IMG/VR virus record: IMGVR_UViG_3300011335_000775
Coordinates: 49,803-113,802 of that record
Source of the DNA: a virus
Length of the DNA: 64,000 nucleotides
Reading direction: 5' to 3' (one strand)
A program made the translations under genes and the position numbers. Positions 55,861 to 64,000 of the stretch are shown here, piece by piece (the first letter of the stretch is position 1; each line of letters opens with the position of its first letter). The notes under the pieces were generated by a model that was not told the DNA's origin, ran no database searches, and worked only from the letters and a program-made list of their open reading frames with translations.

Positions 55861-56079
55861 ATGGCAAAAGAAGAAACCTTAGAACTCGAGGGCAAAGTAT
55901 TAGAAGTCTTGCCCAATACCATGTTCCGTATACAGTTAGATGGTGTAGATAAACCAGTCATCGGCTATATCTCTGGCCGTATGCGCAAGCATGATATCAA
56001 GATCTTGCTGGGGGATCGAGTGTTGATTGAATTTTCACCTTATGATCTCACTAGAGGTCGTATTACTCGACGACGATAA
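55861..56079 (+). CDS. infA: Translation initiation factor IF-1
   Basis: MAKEE...EG.V.E.LPN.MF...ISG.MR...I.IL.GD.V..E.SPYDL.RGRI. Confidence 0.96.
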   Translation: MAKEETLELEGKVLEVLPNTMFRIQLDGVDKPVIGYISGRMRKHDIKILLGDRVLIEFSPYDLTRGRITRRR

Positions 56080-56087
56080 ATACTTGT

Positions 56088-56630
56088 ATGCGTGAACACA
56101 TTGATCTTGTAGAAGCCAGCACCAGACCGGCAAAGTTAGAAACCACACCCCTGCCCTATTCGCCTGATGATTTGGCACCTGTGCTGAGTGCAGACAGTCT
56201 CAACTACCACTACGGGCATCTGGCCACAGGCTATGCCAAACGCTACAATGCCGGCGAAGGCGATCCAGATTTCAATCGTGCAGGTAGTTTTTTACACAAC
56301 AAATTCTTTCCACAACTACAACCACCCAAGGGCACAAATCGCCCAAGAGGCGCTGTGCTGGAACTGATAGAACGCAAGTTCAAAAGTTACGAAGCATTTC
56401 AAGACGCTGTGAAAGAAACAGCTATGAAGATCCAAGGATCTGGTTGGGTGTATCTAAGCACCGGTGGTGAGATCAAGACCATCAAAAATCATGCTGTACG
56501 TACAGATATCTGTGTGCTGATTGACTGGTGGGAGCATGTGTGGGCCACAGATTATCAGTGGGAAAAAGAAAAATATCTCAACAACATTTGGCGTATCATC
56601 AACTGGGATGTGTGCTCAGATAGACTATAA
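56088..56630 (+). CDS. sod: Fe/Mn superoxide dismutase
   Basis: LPY...L.P, YH, H, GSGW, DWWEH. Confidence 0.88.
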   Translation: MREHIDLVEASTRPAKLETTPLPYSPDDLAPVLSADSLNYHYGHLATGYAKRYNAGEGDPDFNRAGSFLHNKFFPQLQPPKGTNRPRGAVLELIERKFKSYEAFQDAVKETAMKIQGSGWVYLSTGGEIKTIKNHAVRTDICVLIDWWEHVWATDYQWEKEKYLNNIWRIINWDVCSDRL

Positions 56631-56642
56631 ACGGACCATATT

Positions 56643-56966
56643 ATGAAACTAGAACTTGGTGCAGTTGCCAAACTGCGAGAACTCATTGCCGAAGAAGCCA
56701 ACCCTGCGATCAAGCTGAGAGTGTTTGTGCAAGGTGGTGGTTGTTCAGGGTTCAGTTATGGATTTACCTTTGATGAAGTTCAAAACGAAGATGATTTTGA
56801 CTTCAATTATGAAGAAGTGCGTGTTCTAGTAGATGCCATGAGCATGCAATATTTGCAAGGGTCATCCATTGATTTTCGTGAAGATGTCATGGGATCCAGC
56901 TTTGTGATCAACAATCCCGTTGCAAAAACCAGCTGTTCATGTGGAAGTTCATTTAGCCCATACTAA
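56643..56966 (+). CDS. erpA: Fe-S cluster insertion protein ErpA/IscA (HesB family)
   Basis: GGGCSG..YG, VD.MS.QYL.G..ID, NP....CSCGSSF. Confidence 0.92.
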   Translation: MKLELGAVAKLRELIAEEANPAIKLRVFVQGGGCSGFSYGFTFDEVQNEDDFDFNYEEVRVLVDAMSMQYLQGSSIDFREDVMGSSFVINNPVAKTSCSCGSSFSPY

Positions 56967-57023
56967 TTTAATATGCTAATTTAATACAGCGTTTGGATTT
57001 ATAAATACATGTAAGGAGAATAT

Positions 57024-57587
57024 ATGTATCTTTATGAATCAATTGTGGAATCAGAACACGAAAAAAATGGTCGATGGGGGAAACCCGTAAAATACAAAAC
57101 TAAAAAAGTTTTTCTGCATTTCAAATGTAATAACTGCGGTAATGAATTCAGTCGAGGAAAAAACGGAAAACGCCTGCAAAAAACTGACACTCATTTCTGT
57201 GATAATTGCCCTAAACACTCATTAGCAAATAAAATAACCCACCAGATAGTAAGTAAAAAATCTGAACTCCGAGGTCAAAAGTTTGATCGTGGATATAAAG
57301 AAATTTGGGTAGGTAATGACTATCCATATCGTGATGCCCTGTGGCTCAGAGAGCACATAGTAGTCATAGAACAAAGTATCGGAAGGCGAATTCCTGTTGG
57401 AATGGTAGTTCATCATATCGATGGAAGCAAAACAAACAATAATATCAATAATCTATTACTTTGCACAGTAGCAGAACACAATAATTGTCATGCAAAAATT
57501 GAAAGATTAGTTTTTGAATTGTACAATAAAGGACTAGTTGAATTTGACAGTACAACTCTTGAATACTATTTCAAAGGGTTACCCTAA
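57024..57587 (+). CDS. HNH homing endonuclease
   Basis: EH..V....G.......VHHIDG.K.NN...NL; Zn ribbon; TATAAATA upstream. Confidence 0.85.
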   Translation: MYLYESIVESEHEKNGRWGKPVKYKTKKVFLHFKCNNCGNEFSRGKNGKRLQKTDTHFCDNCPKHSLANKITHQIVSKKSELRGQKFDRGYKEIWVGNDYPYRDALWLREHIVVIEQSIGRRIPVGMVVHHIDGSKTNNNINNLLLCTVAEHNNCHAKIERLVFELYNKGLVEFDSTTLEYYFKGLP

Positions 57588-57614
57588 TGATTACCCTCTG
57601 TATAACCTCTAACA

Positions 57615-57661
57615 CATAGATACGCAGCTCTGGTAAATACACCAGAGGATATGTATCTATG
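57615..57661 (+). promoter_or_regulatory. Late promoter in the loop of an RBS/start-sequestering hairpin
   Basis: CATAGATAC..CTCTGGT-AAATAC-ACCAGAG..GTATCTATG. Confidence 0.7.
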
Positions 57662-58306
57662 ACCTATGAATATGTAAATGTTGGCACTGCGCCCAATGAC
57701 GGATTGGGTGACCCATTACGCACTGCGTACATAAAAATAAACAACAATTTTGCCCAATTACAACAGGTTGGCACACAAATCAATGCTACCGCGGTCACAA
57801 CAGGCACATATTATCCTGTGTTTGTGGCAGCAGCTGGATCAGCTCAAACCCCTAGTGTAAGAACTGCTTCCACTTCATTCAGTATTAATGCTGCAACCAA
57901 TGTGCTCAGGGTCACAGCAACCACATCCGAAGCCGGGGATTTAGCTGAAGTATACGCAGCAGATGCAGATTACCCACCTGGGACAGTGGTCAGTTTCGGC
58001 GGCGACAAAGAAGTTACATTGACTCAACTGTCCAGTGACACCAGAGTGGCCGGTGTTATATCACAAAATCCTGGGCACTTGATGAACCATAGACTCACTG
58101 CTGACCATAGAGCCATTGTGGCACTGACCGGGCGTGTGCCAACCAATGTCATTGGTACAGTGACCAAAGGTGACATGATGGTATCAGCTGGCAATGGTTC
58201 TGCTCAAGCATCAGCCACCCCGGCCCTGGGCACTGTGATTGGTAAGGCATTGGAAAACTTTGATGGTGAAACTGGAATTATAGAAATTGTTGTGGGACGA
58301 ATGTAA
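57659..58306 (+). CDS. Baseplate/tail-fibre protein (T4 gp9/gp10-like N-terminus)
   Basis: VGTAPNDG.GD.LR.A..KIN.NF; C-terminal DLAE.Y...GRVP..V.G..IGKA domain. Confidence 0.8.
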   Translation: MTYEYVNVGTAPNDGLGDPLRTAYIKINNNFAQLQQVGTQINATAVTTGTYYPVFVAAAGSAQTPSVRTASTSFSINAATNVLRVTATTSEAGDLAEVYAADADYPPGTVVSFGGDKEVTLTQLSSDTRVAGVISQNPGHLMNHRLTADHRAIVALTGRVPTNVIGTVTKGDMMVSAGNGSAQASATPALGTVIGKALENFDGETGIIEIVVGRM

Positions 58307-58309
58307 ATC

Positions 58310-61300
58310 ATGGCACAACCAGTTTGGGTCACCAATGCAGGCAGTTTAGGTACTGTGCCCGAGGGCATTTTTTATCAAGTGCCATTGTTAGCATACGATC
58401 CAGCAAATCCTGAAGGTAACACTGTTTATTATGAATTATTGGCTGGGCAATTACCGCCGGGTATACAATGCAGTGCATCGGGGATAATTTCTGGAACGCC
58501 ACAGGCCAGTATACAAGGTGTACCATTGCAGGTCAGCGGAGATACCACCAGTACATTTGCCATACGTGCCTATACCAAAAAAATAGTTTCTAACAAACTT
58601 GTAATTGATCGATTGGCAGATCGAACATTCTCTCTCACAGTGACCGGGCAAAATCCTCCAAAGTTTGTTACCGCCGCTGGTAATGTAGGAACTTTCTATG
58701 ATGGTACTCCAATTACCCCCATCCAGATTGAAATTTCAGATCCTGACCCAGGAGATGTCACTGTAATAACTGTGGTGGCCGGTGCGTTGCCGCCGGGATT
58801 ATCAATCAGCACAACAGGACTCATAACTGGGTATATCATACCGGTCAATCCCATTACCGAAACTGGTGGGTTTGATCGAGTTGGACAGAATTTTGATATG
58901 TTTCCGTTTGACTTTGTCACACAAAGTCCCAACACCAATTATCAATTCACCTTAAAAGTGTCTGACGGTAAGAGCAATGATTTACGAAGTTATCAAATCT
59001 ACGTGTTCAGTAGAACCACTCTACAAGCATCTACTACAGATATCACTGCGGATGATACCTTTGTTGATGCTTCACAAACGTCTGACTACTTGCCATTCCT
59101 GACCAATGCTACACCTAGCAATCTTGGTACTGTTCGATCAGATAATTTCTGGGCATATCAATTCCTGGGACTAACATATGGTCCATACACAATTGAATAT
59201 TTAGAATATCCTGCCGTAGATTCGTCGGCGCAATTGCCGCCGGGCACAACACTTGATCCATTCACTGGATGGTTGTATGGATATTTGCCCAATTTGGGCA
59301 TAACAGAAATTACCTACGACTTTGCTATCTATTTGATAGATACCAATGATGCACAAATAAAATCCGATCCATACTATTTTAGTGTGACCATAACTGGGCA
59401 AGTTGAAACACAAGTAATATGGCTCACCGATTCTGATCTAGGTAACATAATCAACGGATCAACTAGTTTGTTAAAAGTTCAAGCAGTCAACACTGGCGGG
59501 CGGACCTTGCAGTATCAACTGCGCCCGGGTGCAATTCCGCCTACTGACTATGTACCTGGGTTTTACAACAAGTTGCCGCAGGGTCTTGAATTACTACCAT
59601 CAGGAGATATTGCCGGACGTGTGAGTTTTAACACCTTTGCGTTGGATCTTGGCACCACTACCTTTGATCAAATAGCACAGAACAATTTGGTACAAACTCC
59701 TCAGGAAACCACATTTGATACTCAATATACATTTACTGTTAATGCATTTTCTGTTGACGGACAAATATCAGTATATAAAACTTTCACTGTAACAGTTTTA
59801 CGAGTATACAACCAGCCTTACGAAAATCTCTATATCAAGGCCATGCCACCGTTCTCGAGTCGAGCATTGATCAACAATTTGATTCAGAACTCAGATATAT
59901 TCCCACCCGATTTGATATTTCGATCTCAAGATCCTAATTTTGGAATTGCAACTTCGGTGAGATACAATCATTGCTTTGGGCTAACCAGCGCAACTTACGA
60001 ATTGTATGTAAACAGTTTGGTTATAAATCATTATTGGAAAAATCTAGTTTTGGGTGAGATAAAAACTGCACAAGCTACTGATGCTGCCGGCAATGTGATC
60101 TACGAAATAGTCTATAGTGCCATACAAGATAACTTGGTTAATAATTCAGGTACGAGTGTAAGCAAGCAAGTCACATTGCCTTATCCAATCAATTCTGGTG
60201 ATAGTACAGAGATTTCTACAGTATATCCCAATAGCCTGGATAACATGCGTAATCAAGTCATTGATGTGGTAGGGCAGATATCCAATTTGTTACCATTGTG
60301 GATGTTGAGCAAACAAGCCGACGGTAAAGTTTTAGGATTTACACCAGCCTGGGTCATAGCGTATTGCAATCCAGGAACTTCGGGGCAAGTGGCATACAAT
60401 GTACGTACCCAATTTACACAACATCTTAATTTAGTAGATTTTGAAGTTGATCGATATGAGTTAGATAGATTGCTCAGTATAAATTGGGATCCTGTTGCTC
60501 CTACCATGACATTTGATCCTGAATACACTGGCAATAATATTGAATTGTCCAATCAAGATCTCATAGCCACAGCAACAGCAGGTATAGTTGATTACCCGTC
60601 ATCTTTGACCACCTATGCCATTAATCCTGGATACAAAGTGATGTTCAGCATTACCTTGGATGTGTACCCGCCAAGATCTGGCTATACCGGTGTGGGGATT
60701 GCCAATCATTCTTTTGTTATTAATACGTATTTGGGATACGATACCAACAGTATAGGATTTTTTGATGATGGCAATTTTTATGCAAACGATAATCCCACCG
60801 GAGGATATCCCACATTCCAAGATAACGGTGATGTCTTAGATGTGGCTGTGGATCGTGTTCGCGATCTAATTTGGATACGTGTGAATGGTGGATATTGGAA
60901 CAACAATTCTTCAGCAAACCCTGCAACAGCACAAGGCGGAGTTGACATATCATATATTCCAGGTATAGTGTATCCGGGAATTAGCCCGTATTACTATTCA
61001 GGTACAGCTGGAAAAATGTCAATTAATACTGCATCTGAGTATTCTGTCCCTGCAGGATTTGACTTTATTGGTGGAGAAGCCGGCGCTTGGGTACCACCAG
61101 CAGCTGAAACCACATTTGATTTGGTGTTGCACTATGAGATTACAGCGTTGCTTAATGCCGGAACTAATTATCAAATTGGTGATCGTATACTGATACCAGG
61201 TAACACTTTGGGAGGTACAGATGCATTAAACAGTGTGACCATCACTGTGCAGGACACAGATACTGCAACAGGTGCTATAACCATTGTGAATCTTGAAGGA

Positions 61301-61522
61301 ACTGCTCCATTATTAAGTTTTGGTGACACATTTATCTATATCACTGGAACTACTATAGTTGGAACAGGTAGTGGTGCTGTGTTTAATTTTGTAGTAGGGT
61401 CAGGGGAAACTACTACATTTGATGCTACCAGTATGCGATTTGAAGCACCTGTTGATATCTATACCAACACAGACGCATTCGATAAATATCTAGTATTTCC
61501 CCGTAGGAACATTTTAGTGTAG
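58310..61522 (+). CDS. Large virion protein with He_PIG Ig-like repeats and a SPRY-like domain
   Basis: Repeated G.LPPG....G.I.G; GDV..VAVD....IW..NG.W SPRY-like block. Confidence 0.75.
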   Translation: MAQPVWVTNAGSLGTVPEGIFYQVPLLAYDPANPEGNTVYYELLAGQLPPGIQCSASGIISGTPQASIQGVPLQVSGDTTSTFAIRAYTKKIVSNKLVIDRLADRTFSLTVTGQNPPKFVTAAGNVGTFYDGTPITPIQIEISDPDPGDVTVITVVAGALPPGLSISTTGLITGYIIPVNPITETGGFDRVGQNFDMFPFDFVTQSPNTNYQFTLKVSDGKSNDLRSYQIYVFSRTTLQASTTDITADDTFVDASQTSDYLPFLTNATPSNLGTVRSDNFWAYQFLGLTYGPYTIEYLEYPAVDSSAQLPPGTTLDPFTGWLYGYLPNLGITEITYDFAIYLIDTNDAQIKSDPYYFSVTITGQVETQVIWLTDSDLGNIINGSTSLLKVQAVNTGGRTLQYQLRPGAIPPTDYVPGFYNKLPQGLELLPSGDIAGRVSFNTFALDLGTTTFDQIAQNNLVQTPQETTFDTQYTFTVNAFSVDGQISVYKTFTVTVLRVYNQPYENLYIKAMPPFSSRALINNLIQNSDIFPPDLIFRSQDPNFGIATSVRYNHCFGLTSATYELYVNSLVINHYWKNLVLGEIKTAQATDAAGNVIYEIVYSAIQDNLVNNSGTSVSKQVTLPYPINSGDSTEISTVYPNSLDNMRNQVIDVVGQISNLLPLWMLSKQADGKVLGFTPAWVIAYCNPGTSGQVAYNVRTQFTQHLNLVDFEVDRYELDRLLSINWDPVAPTMTFDPEYTGNNIELSNQDLIATATAGIVDYPSSLTTYAINPGYKVMFSITLDVYPPRSGYTGVGIANHSFVINTYLGYDTNSIGFFDDGNFYANDNPTGGYPTFQDNGDVLDVAVDRVRDLIWIRVNGGYWNNNSSANPATAQGGVDISYIPGIVYPGISPYYYSGTAGKMSINTASEYSVPAGFDFIGGEAGAWVPPAAETTFDLVLHYEITALLNAGTNYQIGDRILIPGNTLGGTDALNSVTITVQDTDTATGAITIVNLEGTAPLLSFGDTFIYITGTTIVGTGSGAVFNFVVGSGETTTFDATSMRFEAPVDIYTNTDAFDKYLVFPRRNILV

Positions 61523-61530
61523 GAACAAAT

Positions 61531-62421
61531 ATGACCAGTGCAATTAACCCAAACGACATCGACGGCACATATCCAGTGGCCGGACAAGACAATAACAGTC
61601 AAGGTTTTCGTGATAACTTCACAAATACCAAGACTAACTTTCAATATGCAGCCAATGAAATTACCGATCTTCAAAGCAAGGCCGTGCTCAAAGCTGCACT
61701 AACAGGTACCGCATTAGACAACGACATGGCCGGAAGTCCATTGAGCAATGCCAATATTTCAGATTTTAGTGCTGTGGCAGTCATACTAGGATCTTTGACC
61801 GGCAGCGTGACTATCAACTATGCGACAGGGCATTATCAAACTGTCACAACTGGTAGTTCAATATCATTGGCATTTACCAACTTTCCAGCAGCAGGTAACT
61901 TTGGTATTGTGAGAGTACAGATCACTGTGTCTAACACAGCATACACAGTTACCTTACCAGCAGCAGTCAGCGTGGGCACTGCTAATCTGCAAGGTTACAG
62001 CAGCAATGTGATTACTTACAATCGTACTGGAACATACACATATGACTTTACTACCAGCGATGGTGGGACTACAATTTCAGTATTTGATTGCAGCCAAAAT
62101 CAAGATCCAATCTATTTGCCCAGCAGCCAGAGCATGTCCGGCACTGGCGCATTGGGCGCAGTGAGTTTGACCACAACTGCCACATATATCACCACCACAG
62201 GTGCAGCAACTGCCACATTGGCAGCAGGTGTTAACGGGCAAATTAAAACTATCATGCTGCTGACAGATGGTGGTGACATGGTTATCACCGTAACAAACGC
62301 AGGGTGGAAATCATCAGGCACAGGAACAATCACATTCAATGACATTGGCGATGGCGTTACCTTGCAATATATCAATAGCAAATGGTTCTGTATTGGAAAC
62401 AATGGAACTGTATTTGCCTAA
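61531..62421 (+). CDS. Virion structural (tail) protein
   Basis: YPVAGQDN.SQGFRDNF N-terminus; T/G/A-rich beta-rich C-terminus. Confidence 0.75.
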   Translation: MTSAINPNDIDGTYPVAGQDNNSQGFRDNFTNTKTNFQYAANEITDLQSKAVLKAALTGTALDNDMAGSPLSNANISDFSAVAVILGSLTGSVTINYATGHYQTVTTGSSISLAFTNFPAAGNFGIVRVQITVSNTAYTVTLPAAVSVGTANLQGYSSNVITYNRTGTYTYDFTTSDGGTTISVFDCSQNQDPIYLPSSQSMSGTGALGAVSLTTTATYITTTGAATATLAAGVNGQIKTIMLLTDGGDMVITVTNAGWKSSGTGTITFNDIGDGVTLQYINSKWFCIGNNGTVFA

Positions 62422-62473
62422 ATGAGTTGACTTCCATTGGTGTTTGCTGTAAACTAGTTCAGCAAGGAGTCAG

Positions 62474-62713
62474 ATGGAACATCCGTTTATCAACAATTTA
62501 GAAGATTTGACCATAGAACAACTAGGGTCAAAGATTTCTGAACTTCATAAAAAACTCAGTATAGCCCATAGAATGGGCAATGGTTATCTGTGTGATCAAA
62601 TTCGCATGGCATTGACCAGCTATAACACCAAACACCAACAGAAAATGCAAGCCCTTAATGCACCACCACCTGGTGAAGAAGATTCATTTAACAAAAAGAT
62701 TGATATATCATGA
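62474..62713 (+). CDS. Hypothetical coiled-coil protein
   Basis: SD AAGGAG. Confidence 0.65.
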   Translation: MEHPFINNLEDLTIEQLGSKISELHKKLSIAHRMGNGYLCDQIRMALTSYNTKHQQKMQALNAPPPGEEDSFNKKIDIS

Positions 62714-63324
62714 ACGTAAGATTAGAATATGACATGAACTGGAGCGCCGCTATATGGTTTGAAGGTCAGCTGCAAATCAATAACTACACTGCTGAATTGG
62801 CCATATGTACCAATACATCAGATCAAGAGGACCATGTCACATGCTTGGCCCGTCTCAATCACTTTGTGTATCACGAACTTACCAATACTGTGTTCATCAG
62901 TCAGAACAATCAGGAACAGATACAGGCACTGGCCGCAGCTGGAATCAAAGTCACACCCTTGCCCGAAGAACCCATTGACCAGATCGTGGGTATTGCGCTA
63001 TACTGCAAACTCAATGCTATTTTGGAAAAACGCATGATGGTAACTGATGTGACTATACAAAGCAATCTTGGTGATAATGTACGCTACTTGCACAGCGATC
63101 AAGAAAGCCTGGGACCGTGTGAAGATTCTGGTTGGTGGTTTGATACTGGACCTGCACACAGCAACTTCAAACCCAGTCTGGGTGGTAAAAAACGTGTGGT
63201 CAAACTGAACCGTACACCTGCTTGGAAAGATCTAGATCTCAGCTGGAGTGGCACAATAGAACCCATTGTTGAATCAACATCAAATACTGTGGTATTTGCT
63301 AAATTCCCAACAGATGAAAACTGA
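62710..63324 (+). CDS. Hypothetical protein
   Basis: ATGA-coupled ORF. Confidence 0.65.
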   Translation: MNVRLEYDMNWSAAIWFEGQLQINNYTAELAICTNTSDQEDHVTCLARLNHFVYHELTNTVFISQNNQEQIQALAAAGIKVTPLPEEPIDQIVGIALYCKLNAILEKRMMVTDVTIQSNLGDNVRYLHSDQESLGPCEDSGWWFDTGPAHSNFKPSLGGKKRVVKLNRTPAWKDLDLSWSGTIEPIVESTSNTVVFAKFPTDEN

Positions 63325-63832
63325 TCATTTAGGTCAACTGATCTACAACGAAAACGATTGTGTAGACATGCTCATGCGTGGACAAAACATACCAGTCGGT
63401 GGCATGCTGGTAGATGCCACTGTGGATCTAGAAACTGCTGCTGGAATTTTGGAAAACGTTCCTGAGTTTATAAAGTACAATGAATTGGCATCACAGGCCA
63501 TGACCGTAGAAGACTTTGATCATGTAAATCAAGGCCATTGGCTCATGCCTGATCTATACAAAAACTTAGACATTGCAGAACATGTGCTAAATCTATGCAC
63601 ATCAGAAGCAGCCCTACAACGTGTGGGACAAGAACTATTACTGTATCAAGCACGTGACCTGTTTGATCTATTACGATATCTCAAATTTCTAGTAGATATC
63701 ATGAAACAGAACAATCTAATTTGGGGTGTAGGGCGCGGCAGCTCAGTTGCCAGCTATGTGTTATATCTGTTGAATGTACACAGAGTAGACAGCCTACACT
63801 ACAATTTAGATATCGCAGAGTTTCTGCGTTAA
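63314..63832 (+). CDS. Stand-alone DNA polymerase III alpha (DnaE)-like fragment
   Basis: RV..EL...L..LVD.......WGVGRGSSVASYVLYL..VH..D...Y.L...EFL. Confidence 0.85.
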   Translation: MKTDHLGQLIYNENDCVDMLMRGQNIPVGGMLVDATVDLETAAGILENVPEFIKYNELASQAMTVEDFDHVNQGHWLMPDLYKNLDIAEHVLNLCTSEAALQRVGQELLLYQARDLFDLLRYLKFLVDIMKQNNLIWGVGRGSSVASYVLYLLNVHRVDSLHYNLDIAEFLR

Positions 63833-63850
63833 ATATCCCAAGGAGAAATT

Positions 63851-64000
63851 ATGTCAAAGAAAATTTACAGAACCGCACAGGGTAAGATTGTGGATCTTGG
63901 TGCATTACAAGCACAAAATGAACATGTACGAGCCGTAGGTAACATGCAAGTCAACGCCAGAGGAGACACATTGGATGCTGATGTCAATGTGATCTCACCC
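63851..64000 (+). CDS. Conserved phage protein, 5' part only
   Basis: MSKKIYRTAQGKIVD...AVGNM.VNARGD; TAAATA + AAGGAG upstream. Confidence 0.65.
   Translation, partial: MSKKIYRTAQGKIVDLGALQAQNEHVRAVGNMQVNARGDTLDADVNVISP

Noticed and set aside
1-64000. tRNA/rRNA/tmRNA genes
   Set aside because: No cloverleaf with T-loop and acceptor stem recognised in intergenic gaps by eye; tRNAscan/ARAGORN not run.
1-64000. Stop-codon reassignment
   Set aside because: Known proteins (ClpX, ClpP, PstS, ligase, NadE) are full length in code 11, and TAA, TAG and TGA all terminate genes.
1-64000. Cellular (bacterial) origin of the contig
   Set aside because: Host-like genes are isolated from their usual operons and interspersed with virion genes, homing endonucleases and short phage ORFs.

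Overview
64 kb segment of a large lytic tailed dsDNA phage (T4-like/jumbo myovirus type, standard genetic code). Host-like genes (porin, PstS, ErpA, IF-1, DUF3563) suggest a betaproteobacterial host, probably Burkholderiales (inference). Both ends carry virion genes: PAAR spike and a structural protein at the left; baseplate/tail and Ig/SPRY proteins plus a stand-alone DnaE fragment at the right. The middle is accessory. It holds sigma70-type promoter-gene cassettes, DNA ligase, ClpX/ClpS/two ClpP/Hsp20, a nucleotide-sugar/amidinotransferase cluster, UvsE, a Pho-box-associated pstS + PlcP-like phospholipase + glycosyltransferase module, a lipoprotein cluster, homing endonucleases, NadE, SleB, IF-1, SOD and ErpA. 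The most unusual signals are: (1) an in-frame array at 28.8-30.5 kb in which two DNA-conserved repeats alternate with unrelated variable segments, with foreign genes joined at the same GAAGA-ATGA junction; (2) a second array at 53.8-55.4 kb joined by a conserved TTGAGGTGGTCATG junction; (3) a promoter-driven multi-stem ncRNA candidate at 11.1 kb; (4) a shared hairpin + ROSE-like leader on hsp20 and a phasin-like gene; (5) late TAAATA promoters predicting leaderless mRNAs. All assignments come from motif recognition by eye; no searches were run. No tRNA, rRNA or CRISPR array was recognised.
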